Below are positions 27,794 to 38,809 of a DNA stretch of 64,000 nucleotides, one piece after another. Position 1 is the stretch's first letter, and each line of letters begins with the position of its first letter. The notes beneath the pieces are model-generated. The model had not been told where the DNA came from. It did no database searches and was given only the letters and a program-made list of their open reading frames with translations. Origin of the DNA: a virus; IMG/VR virus record IMGVR_UViG_3300009414_000001, positions 25,821 through 89,820 of that record, one strand, 5' to 3'. The translations under genes and the position numbers were made by a program.

Positions 27794-28764
27794 GCTTTGT
27801 TATTAAAGTTAGGCTCTTCCTCGTAACTTTCAAAGCTTTTACCTTCATTAGCTGTAGCGGTGTCCTGTGAAGCCGTTACATTGTTAGCGCTGGCTAACAT
27901 CAACTTATCTTGCTCTGACATATTGCCAACACTCGCCAAAATCATTGTTAATGCTTCGTTTGGCTCACCAGTGCTTTGCAATGCAAGCGCCTTTGTTTCC
28001 TCAGTCACAAAAACAGGTAACCTTTCAATACATGCCAGCATAAGCGCTTGGCTGTCAGCGCGGGCTTTTTCAGACGCTTGCTCGATGTCAGAAATCTTCT
28101 GATCTTCTTTGTTATCGTTAGCTAAGTGCATTAATTCAAGCTCTTCGACAACGCTGTTGTGCTCAACACGACTTACAGAGTCATCAGCATCCAAGGCTTC
28201 ATACTTTTCGTTAGCTTCTGACTCACTTAAGCCGCTTTTGACTAAAGATGCGATGATATCTTCTCTTGATGGCGCAGTACTCGCCAGCATCATATTTTCA
28301 GTGCTGATATAGTTAGGGCGCTTAACATAATCAATACCAGCAAAATCAGTCATAATGCGATGACCGTTTGCTGAGTTCGTCGCCCAAGACCAGCCACCTA
28401 CATTAGAGTCAATCATTACAGACATTGCCTTGCCGCCATCGGTATCATAGATTTCTTGAGTAAAATCCACAGTCCCATCGTCAGAAACAGACAGGTGAGT
28501 CGTGCGACAATCTGGTACAACATTAACCTTAGTGCCTTCAATGAACTCAACGTCACTAGGGCGCAATTTACCCGTTTTAGCACGCACTTCATGACCAAAA
28601 TAGCCATAATGCTCGCCAAGCTCAAAGCCCTGCTTTACAAGCGGTGCATCAAGTGTTTTTCTTATACTGGCAATAGCAGGCATAAAATTTTGACTGTCAA
28701 TTCTGCCGCTATTGAATAAATTAAATTTATCGCTAACCGTTCTTAATACGCTAGGTTTTTTCAT
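27790..28764 (-). CDS. pro: P1-like head-processing protein
   Basis: LGEHYGYFGHEVR..TGKL, VGGWSWAT, FAGIDYV..PNYIS; follows portal. Confidence 0.82.
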   Translation of the reverse strand: MKKPSVLRTVSDKFNLFNSGRIDSQNFMPAIASIRKTLDAPLVKQGFELGEHYGYFGHEVRAKTGKLRPSDVEFIEGTKVNVVPDCRTTHLSVSDDGTVDFTQEIYDTDGGKAMSVMIDSNVGGWSWATNSANGHRIMTDFAGIDYVKRPNYISTENMMLASTAPSREDIIASLVKSGLSESEANEKYEALDADDSVSRVEHNSVVEELELMHLANDNKEDQKISDIEQASEKARADSQALMLACIERLPVFVTEETKALALQSTGEPNEALTMILASVGNMSEQDKLMLASANNVTASQDTATANEGKSFESYEEEPNFNNKA

Positions 28765-30395
28765 TAGTTACTTTCCTCTATTTCATTAATTACATCGAGC
28801 ATTAAGCTCTTAACGTACTCTGCATCGCCTTTTCGATTACCTATACCAGCACTCGCCAGCATTTGATCATCATTTGAGACAGTTTTTGAAATGTCTTCCA
28901 ACATCACATTGACTTTATCTTCGTCAACATTGAGGTGATCAGTAAACACCCAGTTTTTAACAGAGTTTGGTAGTTGTGCATCACCCATCATCGCCAACAA
29001 GTTAACCACTTGCAGAGCGAAATCAGCGTTAGCCGTGCGACTAGCTGCTTCTTTAAGCTCTATAGCAGTATTCATTGAGTTGAACATCAAGCGATAAGGC
29101 TTATCAGAGTTAGTGATTATTTTTCCGTGCTTGTAGTAAATATGCGTTTTAATGATGTCTTCATAGCCGCTTGATATGCCATTACGAAGCCAATTTGCTT
29201 TCGTTAATGCTTGGATAGATGTTTGTAAAAATCCGCCCTCGCCTAACCCACCAGCCATCAAATCGCCAAAACCTAATAATGACAAATCAAGCGATAAGCT
29301 TGATGCCAAGCGCTTTGCATTGAACATAATGTCTTCAATGTCTTTTATGTTTGGATTGCCTGTTGTCGTATCTATATCCCACGCGCCTTTTTTGGGGATC
29401 ACAGTATTTATGTATGACTGAAAATAAGCGCTACTTGCTGCTGTTGAATTACGTAACTTAGTATCATTTTTAAGCTGGCGTTGAATGAATTGAATGTATT
29501 CAGCGCCCGACAGCTGATCTAGCCCGTTAGTATCAATGCCTATTAATCGCTCCTGCCTTGCCGTATTACGGCGCGCAGCTTGCAGGGCTAATAAACCCTC
29601 GCCTAGTGCAATATAGGGATCGTGGCAAGTAGCCAGTAAGCTAGTGCCATAGTTTTGTGTTTCTATAGGCTTTCTGTCTCTAGGTAGCGTATTAAGAGAA
29701 AACTTACCATTCGAATCAGCATGCAGAGGGCGTTGAGCTGGATTAGGCTCCCAGTGTGGCGTCTTGAAGCAGGCTACTTGCCATGGTTCCACCAGTTGAA
29801 TTAAATTCCCTTTCTTGGGGTTTCCTAGATGTTCAGAAGTATAACCAGCGACTTCACCACCACGAACATAGCGCTTAAACGTGTGAGGTAACGTGTGATA
29901 GTCATGCTCAAGAGATATAAGCCCCTTAGCCCCCCAATGAGGCTTTGCATAATTACAACCGTAAACAGCCATTATATTTGCTATTTCGATGGTTTTCTCA
30001 TTAAAGATATCTTGTAAATCTTCTCGCAATTCTTTTGCGAAGTCTTTATCTTTATCTGTCGTTGATTCAATTGTTAGTATCTCGCCTGTTACTGGCTTTT
30101 GACTAAATGCGTGAGAAACATGGATACCTAATCCTGAGCTAATGGTCGAATCGCATGCCATTGCTTCATATATACCATAGCGAGATCGACGGTCTATGGG
30201 GGCTGTATTAATTGGTGTAACATCAGCCTCGCCAGCCTCGCCACTGCCAGCAGAGTTACCGACAAGATGAGAGCCGCTCGTTGCACCAGCTTCCATTTCA
30301 TAGGTGGCACTAGGATCATTAGCATCGCTAGCTTTAAAGCCTTTCCATAATTCGGTGATTCTGGCTTTTACGCCTCTTTTCTCTGTCATTGCCAC
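28764..30395 (-). CDS. prt: P1-like portal protein
   Basis: ETQNYGTSLL, IEDIMF..KRLA, GGLGEGGFL.T. Confidence 0.85.
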   Translation of the reverse strand: MAMTEKRGVKARITELWKGFKASDANDPSATYEMEAGATSGSHLVGNSAGSGEAGEADVTPINTAPIDRRSRYGIYEAMACDSTISSGLGIHVSHAFSQKPVTGEILTIESTTDKDKDFAKELREDLQDIFNEKTIEIANIMAVYGCNYAKPHWGAKGLISLEHDYHTLPHTFKRYVRGGEVAGYTSEHLGNPKKGNLIQLVEPWQVACFKTPHWEPNPAQRPLHADSNGKFSLNTLPRDRKPIETQNYGTSLLATCHDPYIALGEGLLALQAARRNTARQERLIGIDTNGLDQLSGAEYIQFIQRQLKNDTKLRNSTAASSAYFQSYINTVIPKKGAWDIDTTTGNPNIKDIEDIMFNAKRLASSLSLDLSLLGFGDLMAGGLGEGGFLQTSIQALTKANWLRNGISSGYEDIIKTHIYYKHGKIITNSDKPYRLMFNSMNTAIELKEAASRTANADFALQVVNLLAMMGDAQLPNSVKNWVFTDHLNVDEDKVNVMLEDISKTVSNDDQMLASAGIGNRKGDAEYVKSLMLDVINEIEESN

Positions 30396-30410
30396 TCACT
30401 CATATAAATT

Positions 30411-30469
30411 AATTTTAGGGCGTTTCATTAATTTGTTAGCATATCATGGCAATAATTTATCCTAAAATT
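30411..30469. promoter_or_regulatory. overlapping late promoters for prt and darB
   Basis: TTTAGG-N17-TAGCAT (+) and TTTAGG-N17-TATGCT (-). Confidence 0.55.
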
Positions 30470-30483
30470 TTAAAAGGCATAAT

Positions 30484-33400
30484 ATGAGTGACAATATCCC
30501 CAGCGATAAACTCTCTAATAATGAAGCTGTAGCAAAAGTAAAGGAATCTACTAGCGCCAGCGAAGTTTTTGAGGTGTTTGAGCAATACTACCAAATAGGC
30601 GAGCACGCTAAATCAACGAAAGGTTTTGGCGTAGAAAAGATAAAAGGCGTAGCTATCGCCACTAGTCGAAAAGCAGCTAACCAAGCTGCCATGGATATAG
30701 TGGAAAAGTATCGCAAAGGTGAAACATTAACAAGTGACGATTTAGATGCACTCAAGGGTTATACAGGCTTGGGTGGTATTGGTGCAACCATCAGTGAATA
30801 CTATACGCCTGAGTATGTCGCAGAAGGCACATGGGATGCGCTTAAAGCTAACGGCTTTGAAAACGGCAATGTTTGCGAACCTAGCTGCGGCGCTGGCGTA
30901 TTTAACGGCACTAAACCTGATGGCGTTGTTATTACTGGCTCTGAAATTGATAGTACTTCAAGCACGATAAACACTATCCTACACCCCGAAGATGAAATAA
31001 CTAACCAATCATTTGAAGAGCTGGCGATGTCAGTGCCAGACGGTCATTTTGATTCGTTTATTGGCAATGTTCCTTTTGGCGATCAGCGTGGTAAATATGC
31101 CCAGCTCGATCCGCAGTATTCAAAAGTTAAACATATGGAGCAGTATTTCGTTACTCGCGCCATCGACAAAACAAAAGCAGGCGGCTTGATTGCGCTTGTT
31201 GTTCCGACACAAATCATTGATAGAAAAACATTCAGCAAGTTTCGAGAAGAGATCAGTTTAAAAGCTGAATTCTTAGGCGCGCATCGTATGCCTAGCGGTG
31301 TTTTTTCAAATAACGGCACCGATGTAGTAACTGATGTTCTTCTTATGCAGAAACATAGTGAAGACCTTTTCTTCAAAATTGCAGACCTTGAAAAAAGCAC
31401 ACTGAAAAGTGCAAATGTATTATTTGATAGCTTCATATCTGGTAAATGGTTCGAAAAAGAAGGTAAACGCTTTGTGATGGGCGAAACATCAAGAAGTGAC
31501 TTTCAAAATCGATTACAAGTCGCTCGCGGTGAATTAACCAATGATGCCATTAAAAATAAATTAGCGCACAAATTTGATAGTCGCATTGATTTTGAATTGA
31601 TTGAAGCAACAGCCCCTACTGTGATTGTTAATTATAACAAGGGTGATACTCGCCTGATCAATGGTGGATGGTTTGAATTTGATGGCGAACAATGGGAGCC
31701 AAGCGGATTCACTATCCCAAATAGCGGCAAGATTGACAAGGCCATCTTTGGCACCGAATCATATCAAGAGTTAAGCGCTAGCTTAGAAACAGCTGAGCAA
31801 GCACTCGCATTAAAACTTAACTCAGAAAATATCAAAAACGTTGCCAAGCTCACACCTAGAGCATTATCACCCATCACTAAGCATGCACTCGATACAATGC
31901 AAAAAGCCGATAAATCAAACCATGACTTGATTTATCGCGGCACATTAATCGGGCAAATGATTAACGAATACATGGAAGCCCCAAGCGAAGATCAGCGCCT
32001 AAAAATTATTGCCATGATCAAAGATGAGCAATTTAAGACAGGCATAGCCAAAAACAACAAAGCGATTGCTGGCCTATCACGCAGTTTAGACCGCTTTATC
32101 AATGCAACTGATAGCGATGGCAACCTATCTGATTTAATGAGCGGAAAAGCACAAGGCGTAGCAGCACAATACGACTTTAGCGACCCTGTTGATGTCGTTA
32201 ATTACCTTTTCTTAGATAAAGACTTAATGCCCGTTAACTTGACTGAATTTAACGACTTATATACGGGCGATGATTTAACTATTGAGCAGCTGGCGAAGTT
32301 TCCTGAAATAGCTTTCTCAGCAAGTGGTGATTCTCTTTACCCGTTTGACCGTTATTGCTCTGGTGATATTAAACAAAAGCTTAATGATTTATCTTCGGCA
32401 ATCATGCGCGAGCAAGACCCTGCTGTTAAAGCGAAGTTTATCGCACAGCAAGAGCGCATCAACGAACGAAGAAAGAAAACGTCGATTGATGACATCAAGT
32501 TCGAGTTAAACGCAAAATGGATGCAAAGCAACTACGTTACTGAATTCTTGGCCTCGCGTGATATTGATATGCGACTCAATGAACAAACAGGGCGATTTGT
32601 TACTTACAGTGAAAGCAATACCTTTGCTGGTCAGTTAGAGCAGTACTTGAATAACGAAGCTTTCAGTAAGCGAAAAGAAGATCGCGCCGACAACCTAGCT
32701 CGTATTCATACACTGCAAAGTGAATTTGATTTTTGGATAAGACAGCATGCTGATGCTGACTACATCACAAATCAATACAACATGACTTTTAACGCCAACC
32801 TACCTTTTGAGCATGGCGAGCACGATTTAGGGCTTGATCAGGTTTCAGGCAAAGTTAAAAACATGCCATTCCAAAACAAAGAGATCCGCAGAATGTCCGA
32901 AGACGGGCGCGGTATTTTAGCGTTCGGCACTGGCTTAGGTAAATCTCATACAGCTAATGGCCTTGTCGCTTTAGACTTGGAAAAAGGACGTTGTACAAAA
33001 GTTTGTTATGCGGTGCCTAAATCACTCATCACAAATTGGTATCACGAAACTAAGCATTTCTTTGGTGATAAACGGAGAATTTTATTTGTCGGGCTTGAAC
33101 CTGTTAAAAACAAAAAAGGCGTTATTCAGCAAGATAAGTGGCTTGATAAAGATGGCGAGCACAAGATTAATGACGTTACGGGCGAACTAGAATACCGCGA
33201 TCAGGTAAAAGAGCTTGGCAGCAAAGAAATATTAGCCCGTATGGCTACCATCCCTCATACAAATTACGACATCGTGGTGATGACCAAAGAGCAATTGGCT
33301 GCTATCCCTATGCGCCCTAGCTCCATGGAAAAGTATGTAGACAACATGGTCAACAAAGAGCTTATGAGTGGCGCTGATGCTATTCGAAAACTTGGTGGTC

Positions 33401-36400
33401 AAGGAGCCAGCATTGGCAAAGATGGCTACAAGCAAGCTAAACAAAAAGAAGGCTTTCAATCTAAATACCATGCCAATCAAACTACCAAGTCTGGTGAGTA
33501 TCCATTCTGGGAAGATATGCGCTTCGATAAGCTTATTATCGATGAAGCTCATAACTACCGAAATGCATTTAAAGCTGGTCGTAGAGCAAATGAAATCGCT
33601 TACTTACCAACAGGCGGCGTAGCTAAATCAGCAGCAGACCTAGCCATCAAGTCGAGTTACTTACGTGAACAAAATGGCGGCAAAGGTATTCATATGCTGA
33701 CAGCCACGCCAACAGTAAACAGCCCTACTGATATTTTTAATATGCTATCGCATGTTATGACGCCAGCGGAATGGGAAGAGTACGGGATTTACACGGTAGA
33801 TGATTTTATCAAGGTCTTTGGTCGCATTGAGACTATGGACGTTCAAAAGCTCTCAGGTGAAGTCGAATCAAAAGAAGGCTTAGCAGGCTTTAAGAATTTA
33901 GACGCACTTAGAAGTATTTACCATCGCTGGGTTATAGCCAAAGAAGTTCAAGACGTTGCAACTGACGTTAAAATGCCAGATAAAAAAGTTGTTGATAATA
34001 AAACAACACTCAATCAAGAGCAGCTTGACATATATGAAGAGCTACAAGATAGAGCGTTAAACATTCTTGACGCAGAAGACGAAGACGGCGAACCGACCGA
34101 CTTTATCTTTAGTATTATTCGAGATATGGATCGTGTTGCAACTGACATTGATTTGTACCACAAAAGAATTACCTTTGTGTTACCAAAGAAACACAAAGAA
34201 GTGTTAAGTGACATTGTTATACCTAGCGTTATCACTGAGAAAAAAGAAATCGTTAAGAAAGCTGGTGAAAAACTAACGGTAGTACATGAGCTTAATGCAA
34301 GTGTTGATAGCAGCGGAAAAAACACCATCGTTGTAATTAATGAAAACTTTGAAGATGAATTCATCAAGGCACTTGTTAAAGCTGGTATTGATCAAAAAGA
34401 CATTAACCACCCTATTACACCTAAATATGCAAAGTTAATTGAGCGCTTGCGTGATGATTACAAAAATGGTGGTAAACAGGTTATTTTCACCGAAGAAAAA
34501 AGCCAACACCAAAAGCTTAAGCGGATCATTGCTAATAACTTAGGTGTACCACTAGACCAAATAGGCATAATCAATGCTGATACGGTTAGCAAAGGCAAGA
34601 AATCAACCGACTTAGATAAAGAGGCTGGCGCTCTTGAAGATTTAGCCGACCGATTTAATACAGGTGCTTACAAGTTCCTTATCTGCAATAAAAAGGCAGA
34701 AGTAGGTATAAACTTGCAGCACGGCTCTACTAAGCTGCATCACTTAACAATACCATGGACACCAGCGAGCTTGATCCAGCGATTCGGGAGGATCTGGCGC
34801 ATAGGTGGTACTCAAGAGTTTGTTACAGAGGAAAACTATCTAGCCGAAGGCTCTTTTGATGAATTCCGTTTACGGGCGTTAAGCAAAAAAGCCAGCTGGC
34901 AAGCCTCGTTATTAAAAGGCGATGCAAACAGCGTGGATTTTGAAGAGGTTAACGATCTGGCAGAAGCTCGGTTATTACTTGCTAAAAACCCCGAAGAACT
35001 TAAAGCCCAATTAGAAGCACAAGCACAAGCATCTAAAGATAAAGCAGCCTTAAGAGCCAAGCAGCGTATATCTACAGCGCTTGGTAAGTACAATCGCCTA
35101 CGAAACAAAAAGGAGCTTTGGGGTAAAGAGGAAACTGACCTTAAAGAACTTAAAGCAACAATTAAAGCAGCTGTGCAACAAGGTGTTATCGATACAGATC
35201 CAACCGACTTACCAGCTGATCAATTCGTCATTGAACCTATCAGTGGTCAGACGGTTAAAGCTGGCGATATTTACACCAGCAAAGAGCGTTACAGCTCAGG
35301 TGATATTTATGAAGTTGTCAAAATTAACCATGTTAAAAACAAAGTTAGCCTAAAAATGATTTTTGGTACTTACGGCTTGGGTAAGGTGTCAGAAACATTA
35401 CTAACTAACATCACTCAAAACTACGAGTTATCAACCTACAGCGCCAGCGAGTCAATAGTTAAGGCTGAGTTCGCTAAAGGCGGTAAGATGAGTATTAGCC
35501 TACTATCAAGCAAGCTAAGCACTATTAGCAAAGAAATGTTTTTCAAGTATGCAACAGCGGAAAACTATGAAGGCTTTGAAGGTGAAAGCGCATGGCAAGG
35601 AAACCAAATTGCCAATATTGCGGTAACTTCTGAAAACGTTATTTACCCAAGCAAGCATGATCAAGTGTTGGTGACAGCTTTCGCTAACTACGGGCTTGAG
35701 TTAATACGAGCCAATAAAGAAGCGGAAATTGATGAATCTATGGGGCGCGCCTTGTTTGGCTGGTCTTATCTGCAATCAATACGAAGTTATGGCACCAAGC
35801 CCACTACCCATCAATTAGTTGAATGGGAAGTTGCGATCAAAGCCAGCACTATTGACGCTCTAAAAGAGTCAGCGAGTGAAAACTTAGATGATGGTTTATG
35901 GTCAGTGTATAGCGAGCAAGGCGGCAAGATCAAATCAATGGTAGCTGACTCAATACCAGACGGTTATGATGACAGCAGCCCGTTTGCTGATGAAGTCAGA
36001 AACATCACACGCACTATTGTTGAGGGATTAAACGACATTAGAAAGTCGCTGATCAATGAAGCCAACCGAATCAAGGAGGAAGCAGAGGCCGCTAGAAAAG
36101 AAGAGGCACTTGCAAAGCAAACAGCAGCGCTTAGGGAGCGATACCCTGAGACTCAACAAGCTGAGCCTGAGTCTGTAGAAATACCTAGCGGCACTTTGAC
36201 GGATCAGCAACTCCTTGATAATGTTAATGCTGATAATCAATGGAGTACGTTAATAAGCGATTTTGGTGAAAAAACCTTGTGGTTTAAGACTAACCGCAAA
36301 ACAAAACAAGTCGCTAAAGGTGCTACTGGTCGCTTATACTTAAATCTTAAGGATGGTGGGCGCTGGGACAAGGCGATGTTTATTGATGTCGGCAGTCGAG

Positions 36401-36558
36401 AGCTTAAGCAACCTAATGCTAGAGTCATTATTGCAGAGCAACATAAAACCAGCGAAGAGCACACCAAGATCCGCTCTATAGTTCGCTTATGTGAAGAGCT
36501 TGGTGTTACCGTTAGTGATCATAGTGAGTTCTATAACACTGACCTAATCGAAGGATAA
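30484..36558 (+). CDS. darB: DarB antirestriction protein (adenine MTase + SF2/SNF2 helicase)
   Basis: YTGLGG, EYYTP, EPSCGAG, GNVPF; GTGLGKS, IIDEAH, LTATP, QRFGRIWRIG. Confidence 0.92.
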   Translation: MSDNIPSDKLSNNEAVAKVKESTSASEVFEVFEQYYQIGEHAKSTKGFGVEKIKGVAIATSRKAANQAAMDIVEKYRKGETLTSDDLDALKGYTGLGGIGATISEYYTPEYVAEGTWDALKANGFENGNVCEPSCGAGVFNGTKPDGVVITGSEIDSTSSTINTILHPEDEITNQSFEELAMSVPDGHFDSFIGNVPFGDQRGKYAQLDPQYSKVKHMEQYFVTRAIDKTKAGGLIALVVPTQIIDRKTFSKFREEISLKAEFLGAHRMPSGVFSNNGTDVVTDVLLMQKHSEDLFFKIADLEKSTLKSANVLFDSFISGKWFEKEGKRFVMGETSRSDFQNRLQVARGELTNDAIKNKLAHKFDSRIDFELIEATAPTVIVNYNKGDTRLINGGWFEFDGEQWEPSGFTIPNSGKIDKAIFGTESYQELSASLETAEQALALKLNSENIKNVAKLTPRALSPITKHALDTMQKADKSNHDLIYRGTLIGQMINEYMEAPSEDQRLKIIAMIKDEQFKTGIAKNNKAIAGLSRSLDRFINATDSDGNLSDLMSGKAQGVAAQYDFSDPVDVVNYLFLDKDLMPVNLTEFNDLYTGDDLTIEQLAKFPEIAFSASGDSLYPFDRYCSGDIKQKLNDLSSAIMREQDPAVKAKFIAQQERINERRKKTSIDDIKFELNAKWMQSNYVTEFLASRDIDMRLNEQTGRFVTYSESNTFAGQLEQYLNNEAFSKRKEDRADNLARIHTLQSEFDFWIRQHADADYITNQYNMTFNANLPFEHGEHDLGLDQVSGKVKNMPFQNKEIRRMSEDGRGILAFGTGLGKSHTANGLVALDLEKGRCTKVCYAVPKSLITNWYHETKHFFGDKRRILFVGLEPVKNKKGVIQQDKWLDKDGEHKINDVTGELEYRDQVKELGSKEILARMATIPHTNYDIVVMTKEQLAAIPMRPSSMEKYVDNMVNKELMSGADAIRKLGGQGASIGKDGYKQAKQKEGFQSKYHANQTTKSGEYPFWEDMRFDKLIIDEAHNYRNAFKAGRRANEIAYLPTGGVAKSAADLAIKSSYLREQNGGKGIHMLTATPTVNSPTDIFNMLSHVMTPAEWEEYGIYTVDDFIKVFGRIETMDVQKLSGEVESKEGLAGFKNLDALRSIYHRWVIAKEVQDVATDVKMPDKKVVDNKTTLNQEQLDIYEELQDRALNILDAEDEDGEPTDFIFSIIRDMDRVATDIDLYHKRITFVLPKKHKEVLSDIVIPSVITEKKEIVKKAGEKLTVVHELNASVDSSGKNTIVVINENFEDEFIKALVKAGIDQKDINHPITPKYAKLIERLRDDYKNGGKQVIFTEEKSQHQKLKRIIANNLGVPLDQIGIINADTVSKGKKSTDLDKEAGALEDLADRFNTGAYKFLICNKKAEVGINLQHGSTKLHHLTIPWTPASLIQRFGRIWRIGGTQEFVTEENYLAEGSFDEFRLRALSKKASWQASLLKGDANSVDFEEVNDLAEARLLLAKNPEELKAQLEAQAQASKDKAALRAKQRISTALGKYNRLRNKKELWGKEETDLKELKATIKAAVQQGVIDTDPTDLPADQFVIEPISGQTVKAGDIYTSKERYSSGDIYEVVKINHVKNKVSLKMIFGTYGLGKVSETLLTNITQNYELSTYSASESIVKAEFAKGGKMSISLLSSKLSTISKEMFFKYATAENYEGFEGESAWQGNQIANIAVTSENVIYPSKHDQVLVTAFANYGLELIRANKEAEIDESMGRALFGWSYLQSIRSYGTKPTTHQLVEWEVAIKASTIDALKESASENLDDGLWSVYSEQGGKIKSMVADSIPDGYDDSSPFADEVRNITRTIVEGLNDIRKSLINEANRIKEEAEAARKEEALAKQTAALRERYPETQQAEPESVEIPSGTLTDQQLLDNVNADNQWSTLISDFGEKTLWFKTNRKTKQVAKGATGRLYLNLKDGGRWDKAMFIDVGSRELKQPNARVIIAEQHKTSEEHTKIRSIVRLCEELGVTVSDHSEFYNTDLIEG

Positions 36559-36562
36559 GAAA

Positions 36563-36949
36563 TTGACTATTTTAACGAAAGAAGAAGTAAAAGAAGTTAT
36601 TGAGGTGGAAGGAGCCACAGAAAGCCAGATAACAGGCGATCTGCTCAAGTCCTTTGCAAAGTCCATAAAAAAACAACCAATACGCTATCGCGCGTTTGGG
36701 GCTTATTGGTGGCTCATTAAACGCCAGCTGATAGAGATAGATTTAGCGCTTGATGAAGTTATCGACTTGCAAACCTATAAATCACTCTCTTATGGGGAGC
36801 CAGTATTAGATATAACAGCTGCTTGGATTTATTACACTCAGCAACTTGATTTACACGGCTTAATGCTTAGCAACGAACATCAACCACTTAACGAAAGTAA
36901 TTTAGGTGCATTTGTTCAAGATGAAGAAATGGAAAAGCTTATCGCGTAA
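36563..36949 (+). CDS. ulx: Ulx homologue
   Basis: P.RYRAFGAYW..IKR.L and AA.IY match recalled P1 Ulx; follows darB. Confidence 0.75.
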   Translation: MTILTKEEVKEVIEVEGATESQITGDLLKSFAKSIKKQPIRYRAFGAYWWLIKRQLIEIDLALDEVIDLQTYKSLSYGEPVLDITAAWIYYTQQLDLHGLMLSNEHQPLNESNLGAFVQDEEMEKLIA

Positions 36950-36969
36950 CTAGCGATTCTTAGGTAGAG

Positions 36970-36995
36970 AAAAGGCGCTTTATAGCGCCTTTTTT
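36970..36995. terminator. bidirectional terminator
   Basis: AAAAGGCGCT-ttat-AGCGCCTTTT. Confidence 0.8.
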
Positions 36996-37368
36996 AATGT
37001 GTGTTTTTGTCGTGACGATAGAACGTTATATTTTCCGTAAAGCCTGCGATATTTCGAGGCTTAACAACTAAAACATCCTCATCCAATTTAATGACTTTAG
37101 CGTAGTATCTAACGCCTTTTTTAATCGCTTTGTATTCTTTTGGCATCTTAATGCCTCGCTTATCAATTGAGACTATTTCTTCAATCAATAAGCCATCAGC
37201 AATACGCCACTTGTATTTAATGGATATCTGTTTTTTATTTCCCTGCGCATCAGCAATGAATAGCTCACCAGTTTTTGTACCATCATCAAAGTAAGTATCG
37301 ATTGCAGCACCAAGCTGCTCATCTTTCTCTTGCAATTGCGACCACTGGCCTACTATTAAGCTTCTCAT
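36994..37368 (-). CDS. hypothetical protein (lipocalin-like beta fold?)
   Basis: IVGQW...F.DDGT...YKWRI.DG.L. Confidence 0.55.
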   Translation of the reverse strand: MRSLIVGQWSQLQEKDEQLGAAIDTYFDDGTKTGELFIADAQGNKKQISIKYKWRIADGLLIEEIVSIDKRGIKMPKEYKAIKKGVRYYAKVIKLDEDVLVVKPRNIAGFTENITFYRHDKNTH

Positions 37369-37396
37369 TTCTTCACTCTCAACTCTTTAACTAAAA

Positions 37397-37561
37397 CTAA
37401 TCACTGATGCTTTTTTCGTACAATTCTATTTGAGCGTCAACTTCACTGATTTGCTTATCTAAACTATCAGCGCTTGCCGTTCCCAAAAAAGAATAAGCCT
37501 CAAGTAGATCAGCGCGATGCTTTACCGCTTCTTGATAATCACTTTCTGTTTTAAGTTTCAT
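37397..37561 (-). CDS. small protein resembling HigA N-terminal domain
   Basis: MKLKTESDYQEAV...IELYEK. Confidence 0.5.
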   Translation of the reverse strand: MKLKTESDYQEAVKHRADLLEAYSFLGTASADSLDKQISEVDAQIELYEKSISD

Positions 37562-37582
37562 AATATTCCTTATTAACATCTC

Positions 37583-37855
37583 TTATTCAATATTCCAATC
37601 TATGCCAGCTACAACCTCAACTATAGGTTTTTCGTACTCGCGCTCAATCTCAGCTATTTTTTCTTTGAAGTCTTTAACGAATACCTCAATGCTTGCTTTC
37701 GGACTATTTAGCGCTGAAACATAAACACACCGATCACAAAACAACGAAGCTTCCTTACCAAGCCAATAATAACTGCCCTCGTATTTTTCAAGGTCAGGCT
37801 TTATGCCTGTCGCCTGCTCGACGGACTTTATTATATTTGCTTTAGTCACTTTCAC
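37583..37855 (-). CDS. hypothetical protein
   Basis: Packed ORF. Confidence 0.55.
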   Translation of the reverse strand: MKVTKANIIKSVEQATGIKPDLEKYEGSYYWLGKEASLFCDRCVYVSALNSPKASIEVFVKDFKEKIAEIEREYEKPIVEVVAGIDWNIE

Positions 37856-38069
37856 TTAAAACTTCCTTTTTTCTCTTAAAGTTAATTAATTTCTTACGAT
37901 AACTTGCGCCACTAATAGGAATATTTAGGCTTCCTATAATGCCCTGCTTACCAATATTTAACGAGAAAAAGCCTCTAAATCCTATCGATACAGAAAAACC
38001 ATTCTTGCTCGCATTAAGCCAAACAACGCGCCCAATAACGGGCACTCGCTTTTGAAATCTTAAGCCCAT
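37842..38069 (-). CDS. DUF4236-domain protein
   Basis: MGLRFQKRV....V.LN.SK.G.SVSIG. Confidence 0.75.
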   Translation of the reverse strand: MGLRFQKRVPVIGRVVWLNASKNGFSVSIGFRGFFSLNIGKQGIIGSLNIPISGASYRKKLINFKRKKEVLSESD

Positions 38070-38085
38070 ACATAAATCCTTTTTG

Positions 38086-38457
38086 TTACTGAGCTGCCTC
38101 ATAATCGTCTAGCATTTCATGAAAGTTACTATACATCTCGTAATCACTACAAGCATCCTCGACAGCTATTATATCAACATGCCCCATCATCGCCATAAGC
38201 CTAACGTTAATGTTTTGATAGCCCTGTACGGCAACATAGCCAGCACAAGCAAACTCATTACCTACTTTGCTATCGTGACAGGCAAAAATCTTATACATGC
38301 CATCTTGATTAGAATCTCTTGGCGGCACAGTACTCGACAAGCCGCGCATTAAATCAATATCAAACCGTGGAATATTGGCACCACCAACGAGAGATGATTT
38401 TTTCCAAGGGCAGTTTTTACAAGGCTTTTCAGCGCACTTCTTAGTCATACTATCCAT
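38086..38457 (-). CDS. DUF6283-like protein
   Basis: PCKNCPW, FACH, CAGY. Confidence 0.7.
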   Translation of the reverse strand: MDSMTKKCAEKPCKNCPWKKSSLVGGANIPRFDIDLMRGLSSTVPPRDSNQDGMYKIFACHDSKVGNEFACAGYVAVQGYQNINVRLMAMMGHVDIIAVEDACSDYEMYSNFHEMLDDYEAAQ

Positions 38458-38516
38458 AATGATCAAACTATACTACTGACAAAGCCCCAGTAAAGGGGCT
38501 TGTCACTTAAGAGTTG

Positions 38517-38738
38517 TTATGCGGCGTTATTGGCCTCAACTAACTTTTGAGCCTCGATTCGTTCTAACAATCTAGCCTTTCGCCTTGTGTTTTCAATAAA
38601 GCTTGCATTTCCTGCCTTATTCGCAAAACGACTACGCCCGTAACGTGGCCTATTCTTCACTTGAGTTGTTGCTTTATCAAGATTTAGTTGAACACTGTGC
38701 AATTGCCACTCTAGTTGCTTAACTGTCATTTCTGTCAT
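38517..38738 (-). CDS. hypothetical protein
   Basis: AAGG RBS; C1-type operator upstream (38750-38765). Confidence 0.55.
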   Translation of the reverse strand: MTEMTVKQLEWQLHSVQLNLDKATTQVKNRPRYGRSRFANKAGNASFIENTRRKARLLERIEAQKLVEANNAA

Positions 38739-38809
38739 TATTAACACCTTAGTTTATTTGTTAGGATTTATAAATTAAATAAAAATAGCCTTTTGGGAAT
38801 TAAAGGCTA